Positions 18,763-27,794 of a stretch of DNA of 64,000 nucleotides are shown here, piece after piece; the stretch's first letter is position 1; every line of letters begins with the position of its first letter. Below the pieces are notes generated by a model. That model was not told where the DNA came from. It was given only the letters and a program-made list of their open reading frames with translations, and made no database searches. The translations under genes and the position numbers were made by a program. Source of the stretch: a virus (lineage: Duplodnaviria; Heunggongvirae; Uroviricota; Caudoviricetes); IMG/VR virus record IMGVR_UViG_645951848_000002; one strand, written 5' to 3'.

Positions 18763-19292
18763 TTCTCCTCAAACTTAAATTCTGATAAATCTTTTACTTC
18801 TATTGGAATTAATTCATAATTTAAATCTTCAATGTTTTCTTCATTTTTAAAATGAAACATTATTTCATTAATTGTTTTATCTAAAAAATCATTTTCTATT
18901 TTTTTAAATTTTTCTTTTGTTATAGTTTCTTGTGCTATATCAAATAAGTAATCATTTTCTAAAATACCATTATATGTTTTTGAATTTGATCTTATAAATT
19001 TATATTTTTCATTTTTTAGATTTCTTATTGCAGCAAAATAAATTTCAAAACTTTCGTTATCTTTTTTATATTTATATAGATTTATTTCATTTTCTGTATT
19101 TATTAAAAAATTATTAATTTTATTTTTTAGAACATTTTTTAAATCATTTTTATTTGTTATTTTATCTTTTATATCATTATTATTGTAAAAAGACATATTA
19201 TCTAAGTATATTTTTACGTTGTATGGTTCTTCTCTTACTTTAAATTGATGAAATCCTTTATCTCTAGCTTCAAGCGAATTAAGTTGTTTCAT
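18759..19292 (-). CDS. hypothetical protein (177 aa)
   Basis: ORF with a 4-nt overlap. Confidence 0.5.
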   Translation of the reverse strand: MKQLNSLEARDKGFHQFKVREEPYNVKIYLDNMSFYNNNDIKDKITNKNDLKNVLKNKINNFLINTENEINLYKYKKDNESFEIYFAAIRNLKNEKYKFIRSNSKTYNGILENDYLFDIAQETITKEKFKKIENDFLDKTINEIMFHFKNEENIEDLNYELIPIEVKDLSEFKFEEK

Positions 19293-19300
19293 TTTTCCTC

Positions 19301-19654
19301 CTAATAAATTTCTGTTGAATTTTCTAATATAATTTCTTTAATATAATCATAGTATTCCATATAATTTTTAATAATAGTAAATATAACTTTTTTTGTATAA
19401 TTAGAAACATTTATTTTTTTATCTTTAGTTATATATTTATCTTCATTTTTTTCAGCTATCTTTACTTTAATCTCACTTTCTTTATAAAAATCAAATATTT
19501 TATAGAAAATAATTTTATTTTTATTTTCTACTCTTATAAATAAGTCAAAATTATTTTCAAAATCTAATTTGCCAAAAAATGTAGTTATATTTGCTCCATT
19601 CTCAAGTAATATCCCATCTGGATAATTTTCTTTGAAATATTTATATATACTCAT
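19301..19654 (-). CDS. hypothetical protein (117 aa)
   Basis: ORF only. Confidence 0.5.
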   Translation of the reverse strand: MSIYKYFKENYPDGILLENGANITTFFGKLDFENNFDLFIRVENKNKIIFYKIFDFYKESEIKVKIAEKNEDKYITKDKKINVSNYTKKVIFTIIKNYMEYYDYIKEIILENSTEIY

Positions 19655-19665
19655 ATTTATTCCTT

Positions 19666-20244
19666 TTATTCACAAAATTTAAAATCCATTCCTTTATCTA
19701 TATTTTCTATTTCATAATTCCATAGTGTCATATTACTATCATCTATTAAATCAAAAATTATTTCATTTGCTATTTTTTTTGCATCAAATTTTTTATATTT
19801 ATATTTTTGAATAATATCTTGCAATTCATCAAAATCATAATATTCAAAATTATCTTTATCTTCTTTTTCATATTCAAATTCATTAAAAAATGGCTTTGTT
19901 TGATAATAATTTTCTTTGAATTTAATTATTGGCATAATAATTAATTTTTTTACACTTGTAATGTAATATGTTGGAGAAAAGTTAAAATATCTATAACAAA
20001 AAATAATTTCTTCATTTTCACTTATATTACATTCCTTTAACAAGTTTTCTTTTGCTAAGTTTATATTTTCTATTAATATTTTTTTATTAGTTATAGTTTT
20101 TTTTAATGTTTCAATTCCCATAAAATATTCATTTAAATTTTTAAATTCTACTTGGAATATATGGTTTTGTCTTTTTTGTCTTTTAGAAAAAATATCTATA
20201 AATTTCATTTCTTTCTTTTTAGCTTCAAAATAACTATATTTCAT
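19666..20244 (-). CDS. hypothetical protein (192 aa)
   Basis: ORF only. Confidence 0.5.
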   Translation of the reverse strand: MKYSYFEAKKKEMKFIDIFSKRQKRQNHIFQVEFKNLNEYFMGIETLKKTITNKKILIENINLAKENLLKECNISENEEIIFCYRYFNFSPTYYITSVKKLIIMPIIKFKENYYQTKPFFNEFEYEKEDKDNFEYYDFDELQDIIQKYKYKKFDAKKIANEIIFDLIDDSNMTLWNYEIENIDKGMDFKFCE

Positions 20245-20289
20245 TTTTTTTCCTTTTTAATCAATAATTAATATAAAAAGTGCAGGTTT

Positions 20290-20832
20290 TTATTCCTGCA
20301 CTCCAAAATATCCATCTAAAAACTTTTTTCCAAAAGCTTTTACATTTTTACCATCTTTTTCAATTTTTAATTCTTCTAATTCTTCTCTTGTTTTATCAAA
20401 TAATACATCGCCATATTTTTTATATGCTAATTCTACTAATTTTGCAGTTTCAATTCCAACTCCAGCAATTGAAGATAAAGGCATTAGTATTTTGTTTTTG
20501 TCTTTTTTATCTGGTGAACAAGCAATTGAATTAGATGCAAAATTAGGTTTTACTATTTTAAATCCTCTTAATTTCATTTCCCATATTAAATTTGCTATAC
20601 GAATATTATTTTTTACTTTTACATCATTATCACTTTGGTGTTTTGCATGAGAATGATATTTATATAAATCTTCTAATGTATTTGTTTCATTATAAAATTT
20701 TATATAATCAAAAGTATTATTTGAAGTATTTGTTATACCATACCTATTTATTGCTGAAGCATAAAAAGCTTGTGGATAATAAATTTTATAATAAAATATT
20801 CTTAAAGCATTGATAATATAGGCTGTTGCGTG
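20290..20832 (-). CDS. polC: DNA polymerase III alpha subunit (PolC-type), exon 4 (C-terminal, about 180 aa)
   Basis: An ATG-less open frame upstream of the listed ORF reads HATAYIINALRIFYYKIYYPQAFYASA, which aligns with PolC ...[29 protein letters not shown]. The exon boundary is estimated to within about 6 nt. Confidence 0.65.
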   Translation of the reverse strand, partial: HATAYIINALRIFYYKIYYPQAFYASAINRYGITNTSNNTFDYIKFYNETNTLEDLYKYHSHAKHQSDNDVKVKNNIRIANLIWEMKLRGFKIVKPNFASNSIACSPDKKDKNKILMPLSSIAGVGIETAKLVELAYKKYGDVLFDKTREELEELKIEKDGKNVKAFGKKFLDGYFGVQE

Positions 20833-21950
20833 CTATTGACTATATTATTTTACCCATCTCTTTCGTAATTACGTCGTACCAATAGACTACCTTGTATTTC
20901 AACAAGGACCTACTCTACTTGCTTCGTGTAGTATTTCTACCTTATTTTCAAATAAACTTAATTATTTTTTAGCTTTCGATAGTCGATTCACATTTACAAA
21001 GGAATTTCACCTTTGATTTAGCACAGGATTCTGCACGTTCCCTGTTAGCAAGAATATTAATAAGTCATTTCCTACTTAAACGATTTTAAAATCTAATTCT
21101 CACACCCAATATTTATTGGTTAGGATGGTTTTACAAGAGCCACTTTGGTTATTAGTCATCTACATATTCCCAGTTATATCCAAATGCTTTTCTTTTCTTT
21201 TTGTCTTTATTTTTTAAATTATATTGTAAACAGTTAATTATAGAGTTATGTTTTTTATTAACTCCAAAATCTATATTTGCTTCTGTTATCGAATTATAAA
21301 TAATTCCTTTTTCAACACATAAGATTTTTCTTTTTTGTTTTTTTTTATTTTTGTTTTTTTCTAAAAGATAATTCCAATTTTTTAATGTGTTTATATAACT
21401 CCAAAGTTTATTTTTGTGAGAAAATCTACAATATCCATTTTCGTTAATATTATTAAGAATTGAAGAAACTTTAGAAAAATTACAATTCGTTTCTTTTAAT
21501 GAATTATATTCTTTTATTTCTTTTGTTATTAGATCATATGAATAAAATTTTACAGACATTCCTGAATTTAAATTTTCATTATATAGATTTTCTTTAAATT
21601 CTTCTTTATATTTTTTTATCCAATAATTTTCTCTTTCTTTTATTTTTATGTCATCACAGTCTTCAATTTTTTCTATACTCCAATTTATTTTTGGAATGTT
21701 CCTCATATCTTTCATTTTTTCTGTTTGTGAGTTATATTTTTTTGCATGAGCAAAATGTTCATTAAAACGTTCTTTTAAATTTTTTTTAACTGTTCCGCCA
21801 ATATAAATTTTTCCATTTAGATTATTCGTAATTTTATAAATCATATTATCACCTCTTATTTTTAATAATTGATAATAATACAAATTTATAAATTTTTCAT
21901 TTTTAAAAAGAAAATATATGTTTTTTTGGAAATTATATGACTTTTAGGAA
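20833..21950 (-). mobile_element. group I self-splicing intron 3 of polC, carrying a GIY-YIG homing endonuclease ORF
   Basis: It interrupts the polymerase between FPKS and HATAY. The structured, G+C-richer core at 20833..21150 contains AACAGGGAACGUGCAGAAUCCUGUGCUAAAU, closely matching the td-intron P7-P9 region GGGGAAC...AAUCCCGUGCUAAAU. The boundaries are approximate. Confidence 0.65.
21152..21883 (-). CDS. GIY-YIG family homing endonuclease (intron-encoded) with NUMOD-like DNA-binding repeats
   Basis: MIYKITNNLNGKIYIGGTVKKNLKERFNEHF contains the GIY...YIG...R...H(E) motifs. C-terminal YNSITEANIDFG and YNSLKETNCNFS are NUMOD-type helices. Confidence 0.8.
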   Translation of the reverse strand: MYYYQLLKIRGDNMIYKITNNLNGKIYIGGTVKKNLKERFNEHFAHAKKYNSQTEKMKDMRNIPKINWSIEKIEDCDDIKIKERENYWIKKYKEEFKENLYNENLNSGMSVKFYSYDLITKEIKEYNSLKETNCNFSKVSSILNNINENGYCRFSHKNKLWSYINTLKNWNYLLEKNKNKKKQKRKILCVEKGIIYNSITEANIDFGVNKKHNSIINCLQYNLKNKDKKKRKAFGYNWEYVDD

Positions 21951-22205
21951 ACTCTTTGGAAATAGATATTTAATAGTGTTAAGTGTTTCAACATACCATT
22001 CTGGACAATTACTTAATAATTTTTGTTTCCATTTTTCAATACCTTTTCCTTTTCTTACAGATTCTGAAATAGTAAATGCTTCTTTAGGTTCAAAACCATA
22101 TTTTTGAGTTAATTGTTTGAATATTATATCTCTATATGGTATTAAATCTTGTGTTTTAAAACCTTGTTTAATATATGGCATTTGACATTCTAGTACAGCG
22201 GTACC
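21951..22205 (-). CDS. polC: DNA polymerase III alpha subunit (PolC-type), exon 3 (about 85 aa)
   Basis: GTAVLECQMPYIKQGFK...YGFEPKEAFTISESVRKGKG...CPEWYVETLNTIKYLFPKS aligns with PolC GTDVWLGNAQELIK...GLEPKMAFTIMERVRKG...VPEWYIESCKKIKYMFPKA. Boundaries are within about 6 nt. Confidence 0.65.
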
Positions 22206-23254
22206 CATATTTTCGACTATATCATCATCTTAAACAACTGTTGTTGTATGAAGATGCGTTGCACTTCCAAATTACGAATTTCACGTAAAATGTACTCTAC
22301 TCACTTCCACATTTTGTGTGTTTTCGATAGTCTGTTAACTTTATATTTTAACAAAATGAAAGTATCTCTTTAGTTTTTTATTTCTAAAAACATGAAAAAA
22401 ACTTTTTTCTTTTTTAATTCCTTCTATTATAAAACAATTTTTTAAACCATAATATTCAGAAGCTTCTGTTATTGAATTAAATATTTTATTATCATTTAAT
22501 TCTTTTATTTTTATATTTCCATATTTTTGTTTTTTAAATATTGGTTTTTCGTTTTTAAGTCTAAGGTATATTCCATATTTATTTTTTTGACAAAAATATT
22601 CTTTATTTATAGAACCTTGAATAAATGATTTTGTTATTTTATATTTTTCCATTAAAGTTTTAAATCCTTTATGTTTATCAATCAATTCTAAATTGTTATT
22701 AAAAACATAAATTGTTCTAACTTCTTTTTTAGTTTTTAAATTTTTGGCATAATGAATTTGTTGTTCTTTATTAGTCATAAATTCTAAATTATTTAAATTG
22801 TTATTTGTTTTGTTCCCATCTTTATGATTAACTGTTGGCTTATTATCTTTATTTTTTAAATAAGTTAAAGCAACTAATCTATGAACTTTAAATTTTTTTC
22901 TTTCTTTACTATCGTTAGAAATTAGTTCTACATACAAATAACCATATCTATCTAAAGTTAATTTTCTTTTAAATAATTTATTATCTCTTTTATGAAAAGT
23001 ATAAATATTTCCAAATTCATCTACAAAGTTTTTTTCATTAAAATTTTCTATATTAACATTTTTCATTTTTGATACTCTCCTTAAATTAAAAAATCTTAGC
23101 ACAGGATTGCATTAATGTTTCCCCTGTTAGCACATTTTTAAACAATCATTTCCTATTGTTCCATATTTATTAAAATATGTAAAATGTACACCCTATTTTT
23201 ATAGGTTCACAACGTTTTTCAATTAGTATTTCTACTAAAAGGCACAGTATTTTT
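22206..23254 (-). mobile_element. group I self-splicing intron 2 of polC, carrying an HNH homing endonuclease ORF
   Basis: It interrupts the polymerase inside the conserved SGxSHG|T region. The structured flanks 22206..22340 and 23103..23254 contain TTAGCACAGGATT...CCCCTGTTAGCA, the same P7-like core as intron 3. The boundaries are approximate. Confidence 0.6.
22341..23102 (-). CDS. HNH family homing endonuclease (intron-encoded)
   Basis: VHRLVALTYL...VNHKDGNKTNNNLNNLEFMTNKEQ is the HNH_3 core, as in I-HmuI-like enzymes. C-terminal NSITEASEYYGLKN is a NUMOD-like helix. Confidence 0.8.
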   Translation of the reverse strand: MLRFFNLRRVSKMKNVNIENFNEKNFVDEFGNIYTFHKRDNKLFKRKLTLDRYGYLYVELISNDSKERKKFKVHRLVALTYLKNKDNKPTVNHKDGNKTNNNLNNLEFMTNKEQQIHYAKNLKTKKEVRTIYVFNNNLELIDKHKGFKTLMEKYKITKSFIQGSINKEYFCQKNKYGIYLRLKNEKPIFKKQKYGNIKIKELNDNKIFNSITEASEYYGLKNCFIIEGIKKEKSFFHVFRNKKLKRYFHFVKI

Positions 23255-23665
23255 ATGCGAATAACCACTAAAAGCAATTAAGTCAAACATATTTTTAGGT
23301 TTTAATTCACTTAATGTTTTCATAGTAAAATCTGAGTTCATTTCAGAAATGCCCATTGTATTAGATGGAAACGGATATAAATCTTCTTTTTCTTTTAACC
23401 CTATAACTTCTTTATTTAATATTCCATCATATAAAACTGTATTATTAAATCTTATATTTTTAAAATCAAATCCAGTAAAATCTTTCAATTCTTTTAGCAT
23501 TGTTGGATCTGAATGTCCTAACATATCAAGTTTTATTAATTGGTTTTCCAGAAAATGATATTCAGTAAAACTTGAAAGTTCTTTTTTCTTTCCATCATCT
23601 GATACATACACTAATGGAGTTACATATTCAAAAGGTATATCACTTGGTTTTACTAATATACCACC
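23255..23665 (-). CDS. polC: DNA polymerase III alpha subunit (PolC-type), exon 2 (about 137 aa)
   Basis: GGILVKPSDIPFEYVTPLVYVSDD...IKLDMLGHSDPTMLKELKDFTG...LIAFSGYSH aligns with PolC [20 protein letters not shown]...KFDILGHDDPT...ISGLSHG. The upstream part lacks an ATG; the listed ORF starts on GTG. Confidence 0.65.
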
Positions 23666-24722
23666 CGTTACTACCCCTACTTTCGTAGTATTTTTAATTT
23701 ATGACTTTTAAGTCAGGGACTAGAGTACACCATCACAAGTTCTTTGTGGAGATATGGTACTCGTTGGGAGTCTATCATATATTTTTAATACTTAGATAGT
23801 TTCTCTGCTGATTACCCATTGTTAATAACAGTTAGGACCTTTATAGGCTTTTATTTCACCTTATGTCATACAATTCATTTTTTCTTTCTTTCGATAACCA
23901 TTCAGCTTAAAGTTTCCAATTACTGTTTAGGTTGAATTGCCTTTAGGGATTCCCAGCATATAAATCTCTATTTTTTAGCTCAGTATTCCTACTAAACCCC
24001 CCAATTATTTTTCGATTTTATAAAATTTTATATTAAAACTATTTTTTCTTTTATTATTTATCCATCTATTTATGTTATTTTTAGAAGTTGAAAAAAATTC
24101 AGCAGCTTCTTTTGTATCTTTAAATATTTTTTCTATACCATTATCAAAAATTGCTTTTATTTTTGTTTTTTTATAATTATTTATTTTAGTAAAATTAATA
24201 TTATTTTTTATATAATTTTCAATATCATTAATTTTTTTATAAGAAAATATATATTCTTTTGTTGTTTTTTGTTTTTTATTAAGAACAGATGATATTAGTT
24301 TATCAGAAATATTTAAAAATTTTGAAGCTTTGGAAATTGTTTCAAAAAATAATTCTTTTTTTTCATATATATTATAACAATAAACATTTTTTCCTATAAA
24401 ATTTTTTGTTAAATCTTTTTTATTATTAATTTTTTCATACCAATGTTTTGTATTCTCTTTAATTGTTATTGCTTCTAAGTTTTCAAATTTGTTATTTAAT
24501 TTGTTCCCATCTTTATGATTTATAACTATGTTTTTAGGAATTTTCATAAATGTTTTTATTTCATAAACCAATCTGTGTTTTCTTATTTTTTTATTTTTTA
24601 AAATAACATAAATATAACCATTAATTATTTCTTCTTTAAGTATTTTTTTTATATAAAATTTTTTCTTCATTTTCATCAATTTGAAAATCACTTAACATAA
24701 AATCACTTCAAAAATTTTCTTT
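23666..24722 (-). mobile_element. group I self-splicing intron 1 of polC, carrying an HNH homing endonuclease ORF
   Basis: It interrupts the polymerase inside the conserved RTTGxHP|GG motif. The structured, G+C-richer region at 23666..24000 has a core that differs from introns 2 and 3. The boundaries are approximate. Confidence 0.6.
24005..24691 (-). CDS. HNH family homing endonuclease (intron-encoded)
   Basis: KHRLVYEIKTF...VINHKDGNKLNNKFENLEAITIKENTKH is the HNH core. FETISKASKFLNISDKLISSVL and IFKDTKEAAEFFSTSKNNINRWI are NUMOD-like helices. Confidence 0.8.
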   Translation of the reverse strand: MIFKLMKMKKKFYIKKILKEEIINGYIYVILKNKKIRKHRLVYEIKTFMKIPKNIVINHKDGNKLNNKFENLEAITIKENTKHWYEKINNKKDLTKNFIGKNVYCYNIYEKKELFFETISKASKFLNISDKLISSVLNKKQKTTKEYIFSYKKINDIENYIKNNINFTKINNYKKTKIKAIFDNGIEKIFKDTKEAAEFFSTSKNNINRWINNKRKNSFNIKFYKIEK

Positions 24723-27314
24723 AGGGTGTGAACCTGTAGTTCTCATTGTATGTATATTTTTAGCAAAGAAATCTATATCAAATTCTTCATTTTTTACTTT
24801 TTCTTGTATGTTAGGTATATTTCTAAATATATCATTTTTTAAAGCATCTTCTTGATATACTTGTTGTGTTCCAGATTTAATTGCATTTTCTTTTCCAAAT
24901 AAATCTATTACTCTTTGTTGAACGCTAGACTGTACATTTTCAGAGAAGTTCAAGTCTATATCTGGTATTTTTGTTTTCATTATTTTACCATTCTCATCTT
25001 TTTCAATCCAACCAACAAAGTTATGAGATTCTATTGATACTCCATCACCTTTCATTATGTTACCACAAACAGAGCATGTTTTATCTGGTAAATCTAAACC
25101 TGTTTTTCCTTCTTCTTCATACCATTCTATGTTATGACAATGTTCACAATAATAATGACTATCCAATGGATTCACTTCACTTATTTTAAGTAAATTGCTT
25201 ATAATCATACTACCTACAGAACCTCTTGAACCAACAATATAACCTAATTCTTCTGAATCTCTACAAGATTTATAAGCTAACATATAGAGAGTTTCAAAAC
25301 CAGATTCTCTTGTAAGTTCTAATTCATATTCAATTCTTTCTTTTATTTTTTTGTCTATTGTTTCTTTAGTTCCGTCTTTGCTGTATTTTTTTATTGCTTC
25401 TTCCCATACCATTTTAGGCATTTCTTCTTTAGAATTCATATTTGGAAATTCTGGAAGGAATAATTTATTTGGTAAAATAGTTATATCAAAACCATTTATA
25501 CATTGTTCAGCTAATTTATTTGTATTGTTGTGCATTTCTTCTATTTCTTCTAAAGTAAAACCTTGTTTAGTATAATCTCTTATTACATCATCATAAGACA
25601 TTACATAAGGTTGAGTTTCTATATTAAAATCTTCATCAGTAGAAGTTCTTTGTTCATCACCTTTTGAAAAATTATTTAATATTAAATGAATATATCCATT
25701 TTTAAAATTAGAACGCAAAACCCTATCTTCTTTAGAAGTAATATGAGCATCTGACACTATAATACAAGGAACATTTTCTTCTTTACATATTTTATAAATT
25801 TTTCTATGTAAAGCATAAACATCTTCTTCTGTTTTTATATTTTCAAAATCCTTATGTTCAACCATAAATATATTATTCCAAGAAGGGTGTATTTCTACTG
25901 CATCTAGATTTTTTATCCATTCTCTAAATTCTTTTTCTTTTCCTTCTGTTATTAACTTCATATGTTTACCAAAAGCACAAGCTGAAGTAATTATAAAATG
26001 TTTTCTTATTTCTGGCTGAAATAAATATTCATAAGGAATAACAGGTCTTTTACCATACATTTTTTTATCAGCTTCAGTTGGAGTAGAAAAGTAATCAGTA
26101 TATGATTTTGTAATTATTTTATATAATTCTACTAAACCTTTATTTATTTTTAATTTTTCTCCATGATAATCAATTTCTTCATCTGGAGTTTTTAATAATA
26201 AAATTAAATGATCTCTATCTATATTATTAGTAGAATTTATATTGTTCTCTAACTGTTCTTTTTCTTTTATTTTTAATAAAGATTGTGATTTTATATTTTT
26301 TATGTTTTCTTTTAATTCTTTTATATTTTCATTACAATTTTTTATTTCTAATACTTTTTCATTATATTTTTCTAAAGCTTCAAATTTTTCTTCTTCAGAA
26401 ATTGTTTTTCTTGAAGAATATCTTTTAAATTCATCTCTTTCTTTTCTAAGTTCTTTTAAATTATTTTCTTGTTCTTCTATATTGAAATTTATTTTATCTA
26501 TTTCATTTGAATTATCATTTTGATTTAATTTATTTATTTTTTGCTGAACTGTTTTATTATATTCATTTAAAGAAACAGTATACATTTCAGCTCCAAGGAT
26601 TAATTTTTTATCAGTTTTTCCTTTTAGTTGATTTACAAAAGGAATAAATCCAAATACTGATCCATGATCTGTTATTGCCATAGCGTGACATTTATTTGAA
26701 TTGAAAGCTTTTAAATAATCTTCTGGAGAACTTAAAGCATCATTTTTAGAATACATAGTATGACAATGAAGTTCTGCTCTTGAAGTATCATAATGTTCTT
26801 TTTCTTGTTCTACTTCTATTTCAGATATTTCATTAATTATTAGTTGATAATCAATTTCTTTTCCTAACTTTTTTTCACTTTTGCTAATATAAGCTGAATT
26901 TCCTAATTCTATTCTTCCATTAACTAAATAATATAATTCATTTTTAAAAAACATAGGAGTTTCTGTAAACATAATTCCTTTTAATGTTTTTTGTTTATCT
27001 GGAATTTCAAATAAAAATGAGTTTTTATATTTTCCATTTCTGGTTTTTTTAGATTCAAATTCTTTTAATTGAAAAACTGATTTTATATTTTGTTTTATAT
27101 GATTAGATAAATTTGTTAAATCTGTAGTTTCAACATTATTTATTTGAATTTTTGAATCTAAAGTTACATAAAATGAAAAATTAGGAAATCTTTTTTCTAA
27201 TTTATCTATTGTATTTTTTAGATATTCTTGTTTTTTTAAATCTTTGGTTCTTATTTCTACTAATTTTTTATCATTTTTTATAATTATTTTTATATCTTTA
27301 TGTAATACTAACAT
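24723..27314 (-). CDS. polC: DNA polymerase III alpha subunit (PolC-type), exon 1 (N-terminal, about 864 aa: N-domain, PHP domain with coiled-coil insertion, polymerase core start, Zn finger)
   Basis: RAELHCHTMYS...AITDHGSVFG is PHP motif I. CIIVSDAHI is the end of PHP. GSRGSVGS is the palm motif. HYYCEHCHN...CSVCG is the Zn finger. DIDLNF is the catalytic Asp region. It ends ...MRTTGSHP, matching PolC RTTGQHP. The last 4 codons before the stop are intronic. Confidence 0.8.
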
Positions 27315-27480
27315 ATATACAACACCAACTTTTGAATTTTAATATTTTAATTATTTATTATTTTTCTCCTTTTTATTTTCTTTTTTTAGATCTTTAATTA
27401 TTTTTTGGTTTTTAAAATAACAGATAACCAAGCATTTAGTTTAAATACATTCATATTAATCAACTCCTTATTTTTAATTA

Positions 27481-27783
27481 TTACATTCTATTATTTAATT
27501 CATCTAAAATAAAATCTGGGCCTACTTTTAATTCTTTTGAAAGTTTTTTAATTTCAGATTCTAGTTTATCTATCATTTCATTATTTCTTAATGAACTGTT
27601 TTTCAATTTATTTTCTGTTTGCAAAGTTAAAACAAGCTCATAACTATTAGTTTCTATTTTACACAGTCCAGCTGTTTCTAAACTTTCAATAAATTCTTTA
27701 AATTCACTAAAATTATCAAATGTTTTGTTTACATTTTCTTCCATGTATTCTTGTACTTTTATTTTATTTATTTTTATTTCCAT
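27481..27783 (-). CDS. hypothetical protein (100 aa)
   Basis: ORF only. Confidence 0.5.
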   Translation of the reverse strand: MEIKINKIKVQEYMEENVNKTFDNFSEFKEFIESLETAGLCKIETNSYELVLTLQTENKLKNSSLRNNEMIDKLESEIKKLSKELKVGPDFILDELNNRM

Positions 27784-27794
27784 ATTATTCTCCT

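Noticed and set aside
20810-24000. G+C-richer, ORF-free patches at 20.8–21.15 kb, 22.2–22.34 kb, 23.1–23.25 kb and 23.65–24.0 kb. These first looked like foreign DNA inserts or rRNA/tRNA remnants.
   Set aside because: They flank homing-endonuclease ORFs exactly where the PolC reading frame is interrupted. They also contain td-type group I intron core strings. They are intron RNA, not rRNA or tRNA. No tRNA T-loop or anticodon-arm pattern was found in them.
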